DNA from: a bacterium
Lineage (GTDB): Bacteria > UBA8248
Assembly (NCBI GenBank): GCA_965213625.1
Contig: CBDBZU010000004.1
Span: 2,912,001-2,976,000, forward strand
Reading direction: 5' to 3'
DNA length: 64,000 nucleotides
The notes under the pieces were generated by a model. That model was not told the DNA's origin, did not search any database, and saw only the letters and a program-made list of their open reading frames with translations. The translations under genes and the position numbers were made by a program. Positions 9,674 to 21,231 of this stretch are shown here, piece by piece (the first letter of the stretch is position 1; the number at the start of each line of letters is the position of its first letter).

Positions 9674-11368
9674 ATGAGTGCAGGTGCTGGATTAAACATA
9701 GTAGCCTTCCCTTTGCGTTTGGCTAAATGGTTTCAAGTAGATATCTGGACGAGTGGAACCCTTCTGCTCGCATTATTCATAGCGGCTCCTCTCCTGTCAG
9801 TAGGTTTTCTCGCTCTCCAGCCTAGTGGTGACATCTGGCATCACTTGCTTACGACTGTATTATCTCGCTATGTAATGACCACTATCGGACTGATGATGGG
9901 AGTTGGCATTGGCACATTACTCATCGGCACTGGCACCGCATGGCTGGTGACCCTATGCCGATTCCCGGGGAGACGAATTTTTGAATGGGCGCTCCTCCTG
10001 CCTCTGGCGATGCCGGCATATGTCGTGGCCTATGTATATACCGACGTATTCGAGTTTGCGGGCCCGGCGCAGACGCTATTGCGAGCTATATTTGGGTGGG
10101 AATCAAGTCGAGACTACTGGTTTCCGGAGATACGTTCTCTCGGCGGCGCAATTTTCGTGATGACGGTCACGCTTTACCCTTATGTTTACCTGCTCGCGCG
10201 CGTCGCTTTTGTACAGCAATCAGTTTGCATATTGGAGGTGAGTAGAACTTTGGGCAAAACCGCATGGCAGAGTTTTTTTTCCATCGCCCTGCCCTCGGCA
10301 CGCCCATCCCTCATCATCGGTGTCAGTCTCGTTCTGATGGAAGCATTGAATGACTTTGGGACGGTTGATTTCTTTGCAGTTGAGACGCTTACGGCTGGAA
10401 TTTTTGACGTGTGGCTCAACATGAACAATCTACCAGGCGCTGCCCAACTTGCCGTTGTCGCCCTTTGTTTCGTCTTGCTTCTTTTATGGGCAGAGAGAAA
10501 ATCGCGCAGCAATCAAAGATATTTTAATATGTCCACTAAATATCAAGCCCTTCCATGTTACCAATTGCGCGGCGTAAAGAAGTTTGGGGCGGTGATCTCG
10601 TGTCTGTTGCCAATCGGCCTCGGCTTCATACTGCCATCATGTATTTTGGGTTATTACGCCTGGAGTTATTATGAGGAAAGCATTTCTCGTGACTTTTATT
10701 CCATTCTTTCAAATAGCCTGATTTTATCGACACTAAGCGCAACTCTATCCGTGCTGGCAGGTATTTATCTTGCGTATGCAGTGCGCCTGAAGGATAACAA
10801 GTTACTGAAATCGACTGCCCGGTTCGCCAGTATCGGATATGCCGTACCCGGTGCGGTTCTCGCCGTCGGTGTCCTGTTTCCCATGGGCAAGATGGATGTA
10901 TTCATCCAAGGATTTCTCAAGAATAATTTTAATATCTCTGCGGGTCTGCTTTTTAGCGGCACAATCGCGGCTGTCACCTATGGATATCTGACTCGTTTTC
11001 TGGCGCTTTCCTACGGCACCATGGAAGCCAGTCTTGTGAGAATTACGCCCAACATGGATGGCGCCGCTCGTACGCTTGGCCTGGGTCCAGCCAGAACACT
11101 TAAACGTATTCACTTACCCATGATACGTGGCGGTATCCTGGCGGCAGCGATTTTGGTTTTTGTAGATACGATGAAAGAACTTCCAATGACGATCATATTG
11201 CGTCCGTTTAATTTTGAAACACTGGCAACGCATGTCCACCAACTGGCGTCAGATGAGCTATTAGAAGAAAGTGCGCTTGGTTCTTTGAGCATCGTAGCGG
11301 CTGGGTTATTGCCAGTCGTTTATTTGAGCCGAACCATTCGAGACGCGCGCCCCGGAGCAGGAAAATGA
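9674..11368 (+). CDS. Fe(III) ABC transporter permease (FbpB/FutB family)
   Basis: LLPLAMPAYV, LYPYVYLLAR, two EAA-type repeats, MKELP...LRPFNFETLA. Confidence 0.9.
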   Translation: MSAGAGLNIVAFPLRLAKWFQVDIWTSGTLLLALFIAAPLLSVGFLALQPSGDIWHHLLTTVLSRYVMTTIGLMMGVGIGTLLIGTGTAWLVTLCRFPGRRIFEWALLLPLAMPAYVVAYVYTDVFEFAGPAQTLLRAIFGWESSRDYWFPEIRSLGGAIFVMTVTLYPYVYLLARVAFVQQSVCILEVSRTLGKTAWQSFFSIALPSARPSLIIGVSLVLMEALNDFGTVDFFAVETLTAGIFDVWLNMNNLPGAAQLAVVALCFVLLLLWAERKSRSNQRYFNMSTKYQALPCYQLRGVKKFGAVISCLLPIGLGFILPSCILGYYAWSYYEESISRDFYSILSNSLILSTLSATLSVLAGIYLAYAVRLKDNKLLKSTARFASIGYAVPGAVLAVGVLFPMGKMDVFIQGFLKNNFNISAGLLFSGTIAAVTYGYLTRFLALSYGTMEASLVRITPNMDGAARTLGLGPARTLKRIHLPMIRGGILAAAILVFVDTMKELPMTIILRPFNFETLATHVHQLASDELLEESALGSLSIVAAGLLPVVYLSRTIRDARPGAGK

Positions 11369-11382
11369 GGATCATGCTCTAA

Positions 11383-12456
11383 ATGGCCAAACTCGATATT
11401 GAAAAAATTTCACATTCATATGGCAGCAAAGGAGTCATCGGAAATTTATCCTTGACTATCGAGGATGGTGAGGTTGCATGCCTGCTGGGTCCTTCTGGAT
11501 GCGGCAAGACAACATTGCTGCGTTTGGTGGCTGGGCTGACTTCCCTGCAATCTGGAAGGGTTCGCCTCGACGAAAATGTGATATCCGATCCCACAAGTGG
11601 TATAGAGACGCCACCGGAACAGAGAAATGTGGGGTTCATGTTTCAGGATTATGCCCTTTTCCCCCACTTGAATGTATTGCAAAACATCACCTTCGGCTTC
11701 AATAACCCTTCACCTGATATTATGGCTGAAATACAAAGAGCTATGATTCAAATGGATATCGTAGAATTAACCGATGCTTACCCACACACTCTGTCAGGCG
11801 GCCAGCAACAACGCGTAGCCCTGCTTCGGGCATTGGCGCCTCTTCCTAGACTTCTACTTTTAGATGAACCATTTACCGGGCTTGATATCAGTCTGCGAGC
11901 CCAGGTGCGGGAAGATACGCTGAGATTAATTAAGCAAATGGGCGTAACCACGCTGATGGTCACGCACGACCCACAAGAAGCGATGTATATGGCCGACCAT
12001 ATTTTGATCATGCGAGACGGAAAAGTTGAACAAAGCGGCTCGCCTCGAGAAATTTACCAATTCCCTGCCACGGAGTTTGCCGCTCGTTTTGTAGGGCAGA
12101 CAAATATATTGCAAGGCATCGTTTTATCGGCCGGTTATGATGAGGTGATGACGAGCATTGGAGCAGTACCATGCCTCTCCATGCGCGACCTTGAATTCGG
12201 CACGGATGCTTTTATCTCCATCAGGCCCGAGAGTTTTGAAATCAACCCGAACGGTCCATTTGGGGCGAAGGTTTGCACCATACGCTATGTGGGACAATCT
12301 ATTCTGTTGGAAGTTGAAATAATCAATGAAATCGGCAAGGGGCACCGACTGAAAATGCGCGTACACCCTAATTTAAGGGTAGACGTCGGTGAAGAGATAA
12401 GATTTCGTATTATGCCGGATTTTGTAACAGTGATTGAGGATCCACTCGATGATTAG
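11383..12456 (+). CDS. Fe(III) ABC transporter ATP-binding protein (FbpC family)
   Basis: GPSGCGKTT, FQDYALFPHL, LSGGQQQR and LLDEPF motifs; C-terminal TOBE-like region. Confidence 0.9.
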   Translation: MAKLDIEKISHSYGSKGVIGNLSLTIEDGEVACLLGPSGCGKTTLLRLVAGLTSLQSGRVRLDENVISDPTSGIETPPEQRNVGFMFQDYALFPHLNVLQNITFGFNNPSPDIMAEIQRAMIQMDIVELTDAYPHTLSGGQQQRVALLRALAPLPRLLLLDEPFTGLDISLRAQVREDTLRLIKQMGVTTLMVTHDPQEAMYMADHILIMRDGKVEQSGSPREIYQFPATEFAARFVGQTNILQGIVLSAGYDEVMTSIGAVPCLSMRDLEFGTDAFISIRPESFEINPNGPFGAKVCTIRYVGQSILLEVEIINEIGKGHRLKMRVHPNLRVDVGEEIRFRIMPDFVTVIEDPLDD

Positions 12457-13867
12457 TTGCCTTTCGTAGCAATTTGCCAATTGCATTCACGTTCTCCAAT
12501 TCTTCGACTGCCATTACCAGCGCCATCAATTCTTCTACCTCTAGAGGTGAGAGACTGCGTAGGGCATTGTCTTTAAATTTCTCATAAACATCTTCATCCA
12601 TGAATGGATTTTCAGCACACCCTCTTTGATGCTTTTCCTCCTCAATGAAGGTGCTCCCATCATCAAGCTGAACTTCTACGACGCCAGGAAAGAACCTCGG
12701 AAAATCCTGCGAGTCATCCTGGATGAAGGAGACTTTGTTCGCCAGCGCCAGTACTGCAGGATCTGCTATCGCATTTTTTTCGAAATCATCTACACCACAT
12801 TTGCCCCTAACGAAAATACTCGCCAAACAATAAGGCAAAGAGAATTTTGCGTCGTATTCACCTCGAGGTTTTCGCTTTACCTCGATCGGGTCAAGCACCA
12901 GATCAATAGCCCCTTTGGCTGCATGACAAATGATATTTTTGATTTTGGCGTGATGTATTTTCTCACGTTCTTTGAGGCGCAATCCGGCATCCAGAAACGC
13001 ATGAATCACATGGCCGCAAGGATAGGGTTTGAAGCCAATCGCCAAAGTCTCCCAAGTTTCACTCAAACCTTGCGTTAGTGCTTCTACCTCATAATTATCA
13101 TCACCCAGATGGCTCTTGAGTAAGCCGAACCTCCCCTCAAAAACGGTTTGTGGTCCTGCGAAATCATGACTCGCGAGAATCGTGGAACAAATACCGCCAT
13201 GCGACGCCCAACCGGGATGCAGCGCTTTAACGGGGCTCCCATTTTCGAGGTATTCAAAGAGCCCAGCAGCCATACTTCCGCATATGCCGAGGGCCCAGTT
13301 CATTCTTTCAGCGCTTAATCCACTCTGAAGCGCATAGGCTATAGCAGCGCCAAAAGTACCGGCTATGGCGGTCATGTGGAAGCCTCGGGCATGGAATTTG
13401 CCAGGAGCGGCCAATCCGATTCTGATTTCTGATTCAAACCCGGCCACGCAGGCACGAATCATATCTTGTCCTGATTTCCGGAATGCCTCCGCTCCTGCAA
13501 AGGCCGCAGGCACGACCGGGGCTGCGGTGTGGATGATCGACTTCGCGTGTGTATCGTCAAAATCGAGGGAATGGCCCAACGCACCATTCAAAAAAGCAGC
13601 GTTAGACGCAGGCATTAGGTTTTTCTCTCCTATTGCACTGCAAGGCCCAAACTCATAAGAGGTACTTTCTGAAGCTGGGATTTTTCCGGTTATGGCATTC
13701 GCCATTGCCCGCAAAGGTTTATCAATTTCCGTCGAACAAGCTGCCAGGGCAATCCCTAAAAAATCAAGGACTAATAGTTTTGCTTGATGAACCACCTTGG
13801 GAGGAATGTCAGCAAATGCCAAGTCATGGGAAAATCGGCACAATGTTTCATTGGGTGTTGATGGCAC
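12410..13867 (-). CDS. MmgE/PrpD family protein
   Basis: GHSLDFDDTH, IHTAAPVVP, GFH, KPYPCGH and AKFSLPY motifs. Confidence 0.9.
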   Translation of the reverse strand: MPSTPNETLCRFSHDLAFADIPPKVVHQAKLLVLDFLGIALAACSTEIDKPLRAMANAITGKIPASESTSYEFGPCSAIGEKNLMPASNAAFLNGALGHSLDFDDTHAKSIIHTAAPVVPAAFAGAEAFRKSGQDMIRACVAGFESEIRIGLAAPGKFHARGFHMTAIAGTFGAAIAYALQSGLSAERMNWALGICGSMAAGLFEYLENGSPVKALHPGWASHGGICSTILASHDFAGPQTVFEGRFGLLKSHLGDDNYEVEALTQGLSETWETLAIGFKPYPCGHVIHAFLDAGLRLKEREKIHHAKIKNIICHAAKGAIDLVLDPIEVKRKPRGEYDAKFSLPYCLASIFVRGKCGVDDFEKNAIADPAVLALANKVSFIQDDSQDFPRFFPGVVEVQLDDGSTFIEEEKHQRGCAENPFMDEDVYEKFKDNALRSLSPLEVEELMALVMAVEELENVNAIGKLLRKATNHRVDPQSLLQNPA

Positions 13868-13868
13868 G

Positions 13869-14885
13869 TTATTTCAATCCTTCCTGAACTTTTGGAAACA
13901 CTTCCTCAGCCAACATCTCCATTGTTTCCAATACGAGGGACTGAGGCATCCCTGGCCATTGAATACTCATTATAAGGTGATTGATACCGAGGTCCGCTAG
14001 TTCCAGTATGCTTTCTGCAACTTCGTCCGGCGAGCCGAGGATGAACCTGTCTTCCAATAAATCATCGAATTGCTGCCCTAAATCGTCATCTCCTTTGGGC
14101 ATGGCCTTATCTTGGCCCCAACGGTGGTATTCCCGATATTTTATCTCGAGATAGGGTTTACTCAGGCGAATTGCTTCCGATCGGTCTTTTGCGACAAATA
14201 CTTCGCGCCGCATAGGGAATTCATCTGGAAAAGGTTTGCCGATTTCACCCAGTGTCCTGCGATAAAGCTCAATTTGACGCTTTGTGGTGTCGAGGCGATT
14301 GTGCGGATTGACGTAATAACAATCGCCTAATCTAGCGGCACGCCGAATGCCAGCATCGCTATTCGCTCCAATCCAAATTGGAGGATGTGGCTTCTGAACA
14401 GGTTTCATAGGACAAGACGCTTCGATGAGTTCGAAGTGAGAACCTTCCATCGACACTTTTTCTTCTGACCAAAGTCGCTTTATTGCCTCCAGGTTTTCCT
14501 CGAGACGCTTCACCCTCTCCTTTTGCGTTGTACCGAATCCTCTGAATTCCACTTCTCGGTAGCCGAGTCCAGCGCCGAATATGAGCTTCCCGTTTGACAT
14601 CACGTCAATGGTTGCCAACTGCTCAGCGATATCCATCGGCTTGTGTAAGGACAGGAGCACAATGCCGGCATTGAGACGCAATTTCGGAGCTTCCGCGTTG
14701 ATGCGAGCGAGAAAAGGTAATTGCTGAAAATCCTGGAGAGGATATGCGCTATAATGATTCCCTTTAGTGATTGATACGAATCCAAGTTCTTGCGCTTTTC
14801 TGGCTTGCTCCATCAATTCTCGAAACCGAGACTGCATCTCATCTTCCAGAGTGAATTGACCTCTAAGCATGATACCAAATTGCAT
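13869..14885 (-). CDS. LLM class flavin-dependent oxidoreductase
   Basis: AEQLATIDVMSNG, GLGYREVEF, PVQKPHPPIWIG and RRAARLGD motifs. Confidence 0.9.
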   Translation of the reverse strand: MQFGIMLRGQFTLEDEMQSRFRELMEQARKAQELGFVSITKGNHYSAYPLQDFQQLPFLARINAEAPKLRLNAGIVLLSLHKPMDIAEQLATIDVMSNGKLIFGAGLGYREVEFRGFGTTQKERVKRLEENLEAIKRLWSEEKVSMEGSHFELIEASCPMKPVQKPHPPIWIGANSDAGIRRAARLGDCYYVNPHNRLDTTKRQIELYRRTLGEIGKPFPDEFPMRREVFVAKDRSEAIRLSKPYLEIKYREYHRWGQDKAMPKGDDDLGQQFDDLLEDRFILGSPDEVAESILELADLGINHLIMSIQWPGMPQSLVLETMEMLAEEVFPKVQEGLK

Positions 14886-15002
14886 GTTCGCACCTTCTCA
14901 ATTGGAGGAAGCGTTTCGTTTTGGGGTTGGGCGCAAGTAAACGGAGTCATCACCTGCATAGAAACCATATTTGTTGCATGCCATTTCTAAGGTATGGAAG
15001 CG

Positions 15003-17825
15003 TTAAGCTCTTCCGCAGCAAAACTTATATTTTTTGCCACTGCCGCAAGGACAAGGATCATTGCGGCCAACTTTGGGAGCAGACCGCCTGACAGGAGTAG
15101 ATGTCTGTATCGCCTCTCCAGTGGGAGCATCTCCAAATCCCGATGCATCCGCATGGGAAAATACCATTTCTTGTTCATGGCGCGATTCTTCCAGGGCAAC
15201 ATCTTCATCCGAAATATCGAGTCGATACATATAGAGAACCGTTTCCGCTTCAATTCTCTCCGTCATTGTCCCGAACATGTCGTAAGCTTCTTTCTTGTAT
15301 TCGTTCAAGGGGTTTACCTGCGCATAGCCCCTAAGCCCAATTCCTTCTTTCAGTTGTTCTATGTTGGTTAGGTGGTCTTTCCATTGTGTATCCAATATTT
15401 GGATATAAATGAGTTTGGAGAGTTCCAGGACCGTCTCAAGATCAAAACCGCGGTATTTCTCCTCAAAAACGTTCTGCGCGAGATCGTGAACTCTTTGAAT
15501 GAGTTCATCTCTTAATTCCTCTTCAATATCCACCACTAAGGGCTCGGAGGTCGTGAAAATGACTTTTTGCCCCTCCACCGTCGCATGGATACCATATTGA
15601 CTCTCAACCGCGCCTGCGAAAGCCTCCAAATCCCAGTCTTCAAAATGTTCCGATTCCGGCAAATGCAAATCAGCAATGGAATCAAGAATACCAGATGCAA
15701 ATTCTCTGATTCGATCGATCACATCTGCACCTTCTAAAATCTCTCGACGCATTGAATAGATAACTTCGCGTTGCTTATTCATCACATCATCGTATTCGAG
15801 AAGGTGTTTTCTCATCTCGAAATGATGCGCCTCGACGCGTTTTTGGGCGTTCTCTATGGCACGCGTCACCATTTTTGCCTCAATGGGCACCCCCTCTTCC
15901 ATGCCCAACTTTTCCATCAAGCCCTTGATTCTGTCAGAGCCAAAAATGCGTAATAAATCGTCCTCGAGGGAAAGATGAAATCGCGAACTTCCAGGATCGC
16001 CCTGCCTGCCCGATCGGCCACGGAGTTGGTTGTCGATGCGACGGCTTTCATGCCGCTCGGTACCCAGCACATGAAGGCCCCCCAGCTTAACAACTTCGTC
16101 ATGCTCGACTTGGCACGACGCTTGGAACTCCTTCAAAGCCTCCTCAAACTCAGGACCTTCGTTCGTGTTCGTCTTAGTAAAAGCGAGAAATTCCGGATTG
16201 CCGCCAAGAAGGATGTCCGTTCCACGGCCCGCCATATTGGTGGAGATGGTAACAGCTCCCTTACGCCCTGCCTGTGCGATGATTTCCGCTTCTTTACTGT
16301 GGTTTTTTGCATTGAGCACATGATGTGGAATCCGTCTTCTTTTCAGAATCGAGGAAAGTCTTTCACTTTTTTCTATGTTGATTGTTCCTACCAGTACCGG
16401 TTGTCCGCTCTTATGGCATTCGAATATCTCATCCACAACGGCATCAATCTTTTCTCGTTCTGAGCGAAAGACCACATCTGGATATTCGGTACGAATCAAT
16501 TCGCGATTCGTCGGCACAATTGCAACATCTATTTTGTAAGTAGAATTAAATTCCGCTGCTTCGGTATCCGCTGTACCTGTCATGCCGGCCAATTTGTTGT
16601 AAAGCCTGAAATAATTCTGGAACGTGATGGTCGCCAAAGTTACATTTTCTTCCTGAATCTTTACGTTTTCTTTGGCCTCCAGGGCTTGATGAAGTCCATC
16701 ACTAAAACGCCGGCCCGGCATCATGCGCCCGGTGAACTCGTCGACAATGACAACCTCGTTGTCCTTCACAACATAATCGATATCTTTAGTAAAAAGGACA
16801 TGAGCTTTCAGTGCCTGTTCTACATGATGCAGCACGGTGATACTGTTCATGTCATACAGACTTTGGTCATTCGACATGATGCCGGAGCGGCGGAGAAGTT
16901 TTTCGGCTTCATGCCCACCCGCTTCTTTTAGGTTCACCGTTCGGCTTTTTTCATCAACAATTAGATATTCGTATTTTTTCTTACTAATGGCGTCTTTGCC
17001 ACCTTCGACATATCCGTCATCTTCTTCCTCATTCGCTTTTTCGACAACACCATGCCGTTCTTTGAGGAGAGGACGTATCACACGGTTTACAACGCCATAC
17101 ATTCGCGTGGCTTCATCAGCCGGCCCACTAATAATAAGAGGAGTTCTGGCTTCATCAATCAATATGCTGTCAACTTCATCTACGATTGCGTAATTTAATT
17201 CGCGTATGACACGGCTACCGGATTCGAATTTCATGTTGTCTCTTAAATAGTCGAACCCGAATTCATTGTTGGTGCCATATGTAATATCGCAGGCATATGC
17301 CAGACGACGTGCATCATCATCCATGCCATGCTGTATGCAGCCAACGGTAAGTCCTAGTGCCCTAAAGAGACGACCCATCCATTCTGAGTCACGACTCGCG
17401 AGATAATCGTTCACAGTTACAATGTGCACACCCTTGCCCTCCAAGGCATTCAAATAGGCGGCAAGAGTGGCGACAAGGGTTTTACCTTCCCCGGTTTTCA
17501 TCTCGGCAATTTTTCCACTGTGGAGAATCATGCCTCCGATGAGTTGAACGTCAAAATGTCGCATTTTGAGGTAACGCCAGCCCGCTTCACGCACCAAAGC
17601 GAACGCTTCCGGCAATATGTCTTCCAATGTTTCACCGGAGGCAAGCCGGTCTTTGTAGGATTCTGTTTCTTTACGCATCTGGTCGTCTGTCATCCCTTGA
17701 ATGCGGGATTCATGAGAATTGATTTCTGTGACTAACGGATGCATCGTTTTGAGAAGGCGATCATTCGCCGTCCCGAATACAGATTTGAACATTGAAATGC
17801 TTGCTCCAAGAACCGAGCCCATCAT
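15003..17825 (-). CDS. secA: preprotein translocase subunit SecA
   Basis: [51 protein letters not shown] and C-terminal [17 protein letters not shown]. Confidence 0.99.
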   Translation of the reverse strand: MMGSVLGASISMFKSVFGTANDRLLKTMHPLVTEINSHESRIQGMTDDQMRKETESYKDRLASGETLEDILPEAFALVREAGWRYLKMRHFDVQLIGGMILHSGKIAEMKTGEGKTLVATLAAYLNALEGKGVHIVTVNDYLASRDSEWMGRLFRALGLTVGCIQHGMDDDARRLAYACDITYGTNNEFGFDYLRDNMKFESGSRVIRELNYAIVDEVDSILIDEARTPLIISGPADEATRMYGVVNRVIRPLLKERHGVVEKANEEEDDGYVEGGKDAISKKKYEYLIVDEKSRTVNLKEAGGHEAEKLLRRSGIMSNDQSLYDMNSITVLHHVEQALKAHVLFTKDIDYVVKDNEVVIVDEFTGRMMPGRRFSDGLHQALEAKENVKIQEENVTLATITFQNYFRLYNKLAGMTGTADTEAAEFNSTYKIDVAIVPTNRELIRTEYPDVVFRSEREKIDAVVDEIFECHKSGQPVLVGTINIEKSERLSSILKRRRIPHHVLNAKNHSKEAEIIAQAGRKGAVTISTNMAGRGTDILLGGNPEFLAFTKTNTNEGPEFEEALKEFQASCQVEHDEVVKLGGLHVLGTERHESRRIDNQLRGRSGRQGDPGSSRFHLSLEDDLLRIFGSDRIKGLMEKLGMEEGVPIEAKMVTRAIENAQKRVEAHHFEMRKHLLEYDDVMNKQREVIYSMRREILEGADVIDRIREFASGILDSIADLHLPESEHFEDWDLEAFAGAVESQYGIHATVEGQKVIFTTSEPLVVDIEEELRDELIQRVHDLAQNVFEEKYRGFDLETVLELSKLIYIQILDTQWKDHLTNIEQLKEGIGLRGYAQVNPLNEYKKEAYDMFGTMTERIEAETVLYMYRLDISDEDVALEESRHEQEMVFSHADASGFGDAPTGEAIQTSTPVRRSAPKVGRNDPCPCGSGKKYKFCCGRA

Positions 17826-17936
17826 TCACAACTCCATTGGGGTTCAGGCGTACAATTCACCTTTAACTAAAAGATAGCCTACCATGGTGGTATAGGGAGA
17901 AAAAGCTGAGACCTCAAGCGGGGTGATGTATTTTAT

Positions 17937-18842
17937 TTACTCGACAATATAGAGTCTCGGGTTAACTGCGACTCCGTTGATTCGAACTTCATAGTGTAGA
18001 TGTGATCCGGTAGACCTTCCTGTGGAACCGACTTTAGCAATCATATCGCCTCTTTTTACTCGTTGACCGACTTTCACTAAATTTGCACTATTATGAGCAA
18101 ATGTGGTCACAATACCTTGCATGTGTTGTATTTTTACTAGTTTTCCAAAACCTCCCGCTCTTTTTGTGCTTATTACGACACCGTCGGCGGGTGCGTATAT
18201 GGGAGTTCCTTCTCTTGCCACAATATCAATTCCTGCATGAAATTCTCGTCGATTAGTAAATGGAGAACGCCTATAACCGAAACTGGAGGAGAGCCAGCCC
18301 TTAACAGGCCATACGGAGGGTGTATGTGCGAGTAATACACTTCTGTCACGGAATGCTCTCAATAGGTCTTTGTATGCGCTTTCTTGTTCGGCAGCGCGCT
18401 TTTCGATGTCTTGGAATTGACGATTTAATCTCCGAATGAACCTTTGCTCTGATGGGGCCATGCTTTCCAAATCATCTGGCAGTGCGTGTTTTGAAATACC
18501 ACCTACGCCGATGTCATCTTTCTGTTTACCGGGCTTCAATGAAGCCATGACCCGTAGTTGGTCTTCAAGTTGGCGGAGTTGTATCAAGTTATTGTCGAGC
18601 GTTTGAAGTTTGCTATTGAATTTTTCAAGAAGTTCTTTTTGCGTTTGGTATTGTCGTTCCAGTGGGAAAAGCTTGGCCAAATTCTCCACCAAGACAATTC
18701 TCTCTTTTGCAAGAAATATGGTCATTCCAACGAAAGAGGAAACAGCAAAGAAAAACAAAATCACCATACTCCTGGTGATGCTGAGGCGACGGGTTTTGCT
18801 GGAATTACTTGGAATCACCATAATGGTGTACTTCTTACCCAT
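17937..18842 (-). CDS. M23 family metallopeptidase with coiled coil
   Basis: HAGIDI (HxxxD), FAH, GSHLHYEV (HxH); N-terminal TM; probable start ATG 18842. Confidence 0.9.
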   Translation of the reverse strand: MGKKYTIMVIPSNSSKTRRLSITRSMVILFFFAVSSFVGMTIFLAKERIVLVENLAKLFPLERQYQTQKELLEKFNSKLQTLDNNLIQLRQLEDQLRVMASLKPGKQKDDIGVGGISKHALPDDLESMAPSEQRFIRRLNRQFQDIEKRAAEQESAYKDLLRAFRDRSVLLAHTPSVWPVKGWLSSSFGYRRSPFTNRREFHAGIDIVAREGTPIYAPADGVVISTKRAGGFGKLVKIQHMQGIVTTFAHNSANLVKVGQRVKRGDMIAKVGSTGRSTGSHLHYEVRINGVAVNPRLYIVE

Positions 18843-19006
18843 GGGGTACACCCCCCAAGAACTTGCCAAAATGGTTAGTTTGCAATTGAAAGTAAGTGTT
18901 TCCCCAGTCACTCACTTGTAATAGATAAAGCAAATTATCAAGGCAGTAGAGACAAGTCAAATTAATATTTAGATTGATATGCAGCTATATATACAGAGAC
19001 CCAAAT

Positions 19007-19837
19007 TCAGTGCATTACAGCTCCAGAGTCGACCAGAATAGCTTGGCCTGTAATGGTTTTCGCATCATCGCTGGCTAAAAAGGCAACTGCACGCCCAATA
19101 TCTTCAGTCGATTGCTCGATTCCCATGGGTGTTTGTTCCACAAAATAGTCGAAAACTTCCCTGGCAGATTTTTCCTTGAAATGAGCGAATTTTTTTCTGA
19201 ACTGAGTAGCCAATTGTTCCCACATAGAGCTCCATATCAGGCCGGGACAAACTGCGTTTACCGTAATACTTGATCGAGCAACTTCGCGAGCAAGCGCTTG
19301 GGTGAAAATAATTACCGCCGCTTTGCTTGCGCTGTAATGAGGAATGGTTTCGCGACCATCACGCCCAGCGCGTGAGGAAATATTGATGATTCGTCCCCAT
19401 CCCTTCCCCTTCATTTTTTCAAGTGATGCTTGGCACAACAGAAAAACTCCCTTCACGTTTACGTTGTAAGTGTCATCCCAATCATCTTCACTAATGTCGG
19501 ATAGAGGCATGCCCAACTTGAAATCCGTCCCGCCAATGACGCCTGCATTGTTTACGACTATATCCAAGCTGCCCATTTCTTTATCAGTCGCATCTACGAT
19601 GTCTACGCATTGATTCTTATCTGTCACATCAAGAACATATGGAATGATGTTAACGTCGAATTTCCCAACTTCTTCCGCTGCTGCCTCAGCACCGTTTTTC
19701 GAGATGTCGGCCAATGCCAAATGGACACCCTCTTCCGCCAGGCATCGGGCGATGCCGCGTCCTATCCCACCTCCAGCGCCGGTGATGAGGGCCACCTTGC
19801 CTTTCAGGCCGCGTTCTCTTGGCAGAGGGGAGGACAT
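19007..19837 (-). CDS. SDR family oxidoreductase
   Basis: TGAGGGIG, NNAG and YSASK motifs. Confidence 0.95.
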   Translation of the reverse strand: MSSPLPRERGLKGKVALITGAGGGIGRGIARCLAEEGVHLALADISKNGAEAAAEEVGKFDVNIIPYVLDVTDKNQCVDIVDATDKEMGSLDIVVNNAGVIGGTDFKLGMPLSDISEDDWDDTYNVNVKGVFLLCQASLEKMKGKGWGRIINISSRAGRDGRETIPHYSASKAAVIIFTQALAREVARSSITVNAVCPGLIWSSMWEQLATQFRKKFAHFKEKSAREVFDYFVEQTPMGIEQSTEDIGRAVAFLASDDAKTITGQAILVDSGAVMH

Positions 19838-19840
19838 TGC

Positions 19841-20239
19841 TTATTTCCCATACCCTGTCATGGCGCCTCCCGATTCCAACCAATCCTCAAACACCTGGAG
19901 GCTTTCCAAGACGGCGGGAACGCCACTGTATGGCGACATTTGGAAAATCACTTCCATGATTTCTTTGTCCGTTGCACCGTAGCTTCTCGCAGCCGTGAAA
20001 TGAGAACGCATCTGGTTGAAACGGCCAGTTACGCATAAGGCTGCGAGTGCGCAAAATTCTCTCGTCTTGTGGGGAAGAACATCGCGATCATACAACCCCC
20101 CGTGAACGAAACGCTGGAACAGCATGGAGAAGTCAGGGTCGAGTTTATTCAGCCGGTCAAATAGTTTTTCCGTGTAACCTTCTCCGTATTGTGTATCGCC
20201 TCGCCGAATTGCTGGTGGATAAAACTGTTCGCTCATCAC
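19841..20239 (-). CDS. carboxymuconolactone decarboxylase family protein
   Basis: LPHKTREFCALAAL, H...A...GAT..EI.EVI.Q...YSGVP pattern; no AhpD-type CxxC. Confidence 0.8.
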   Translation of the reverse strand: MMSEQFYPPAIRRGDTQYGEGYTEKLFDRLNKLDPDFSMLFQRFVHGGLYDRDVLPHKTREFCALAALCVTGRFNQMRSHFTAARSYGATDKEIMEVIFQMSPYSGVPAVLESLQVFEDWLESGGAMTGYGK

Positions 20240-20271
20240 TCATTCTCCCCAGGGATAACGCCCAAAATCAG

Positions 20272-21204
20272 CTAGTCCGCTTCTATAATTTCGTTGCGCA
20301 GTCGGCCGAGTCCACCGACTTCCACTTCCACCACATCACCCGGCGTAAGAAACGAAGGCGTTGCACGAGCGTAGCCTACACCTGAAGGCGTGCCTGTCAA
20401 AAAGATATCGCCCGGTTCCAGCGTAAAACCTTCTGAAAGCACCGAGATCATGGACGGAATATCGTGAATCATCATGTTCGTGTTCGAATCCTGGCGTGCC
20501 TCGCCGTTTACCCAGCTTTTTACGGTTTGATTCATCGGGTCGCCATAGTCTTCTTTAGGGACGATGTATGGTCCAAGCGGACATGTGCCGTCGAGAGTCT
20601 TGCCTTTGAATATCTGCTTATGGCGCCTTTGAATATCTCTCGCGGAGATGTCATTTGCACAGCAATAGCCGAAGACGTGCTCATAAACTTCATCCATGGG
20701 GATATTTTTCCCTTTCTTACCGATGATGACGGCGATTTCAGCTTCATAATCGAGCTTTTCCGTCACCCGATGAGCAGGAATGCCTTCATTGTGTCCGATT
20801 AGGGTGCTCTGGGCTTTAGTGAAAAAGATGGGTTGATCGAGTTCAACCCTCGTCGTTTGCACATCCTTAGCTTGCAATCCCTCGTTCACATGGTCCTGAT
20901 AGTTGAGGCCCATGCAAAGAACATGTTTGGGCGGGTGGGGAACCGGGGATATGTGATGTACATCCTCGGGCGCCATGAGGATGGGAACCAAATCCTCCGC
21001 ATTCGCTTCGGCCAGTGCAATCAATTCTTGAAGCGCAGAGCCATGCTTCTCCCATGCTTTTATAACCTCAATCATGCTGCCAAAGGCCAGTTCCTGTTGA
21101 CCTAATATGCCAGCCAGACGCGACAAATGAGCGATTCTATCACCCACATACACGCCAACCCTCTCAAGACCTCTGTAACGATATGACAACAGTTTCATTC
21201 GCAT
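20272..21204 (-). CDS. fumarylacetoacetate hydrolase family protein
   Basis: GLNYQDH, FTK, LDYEAE, NDISARD, GKTLD and TGTPSGVG motifs. Confidence 0.95.
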   Translation of the reverse strand: MRMKLLSYRYRGLERVGVYVGDRIAHLSRLAGILGQQELAFGSMIEVIKAWEKHGSALQELIALAEANAEDLVPILMAPEDVHHISPVPHPPKHVLCMGLNYQDHVNEGLQAKDVQTTRVELDQPIFFTKAQSTLIGHNEGIPAHRVTEKLDYEAEIAVIIGKKGKNIPMDEVYEHVFGYCCANDISARDIQRRHKQIFKGKTLDGTCPLGPYIVPKEDYGDPMNQTVKSWVNGEARQDSNTNMMIHDIPSMISVLSEGFTLEPGDIFLTGTPSGVGYARATPSFLTPGDVVEVEVGGLGRLRNEIIEAD

Positions 21205-21231
21205 CTCCTAGGGAAAATGGTTCTTGGAAAT

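Noticed and set aside
12410-12456. 47-bp convergent overlap of the iron ABC ATPase and MmgE/PrpD genes
   Set aside because: Short tail-to-tail overlaps are common and no functional signal was seen.
14898-14984. 28-codon minus-strand ORF between secA and the LLM gene
   Set aside because: No clear RBS or recognisable motif; the length is compatible with chance.
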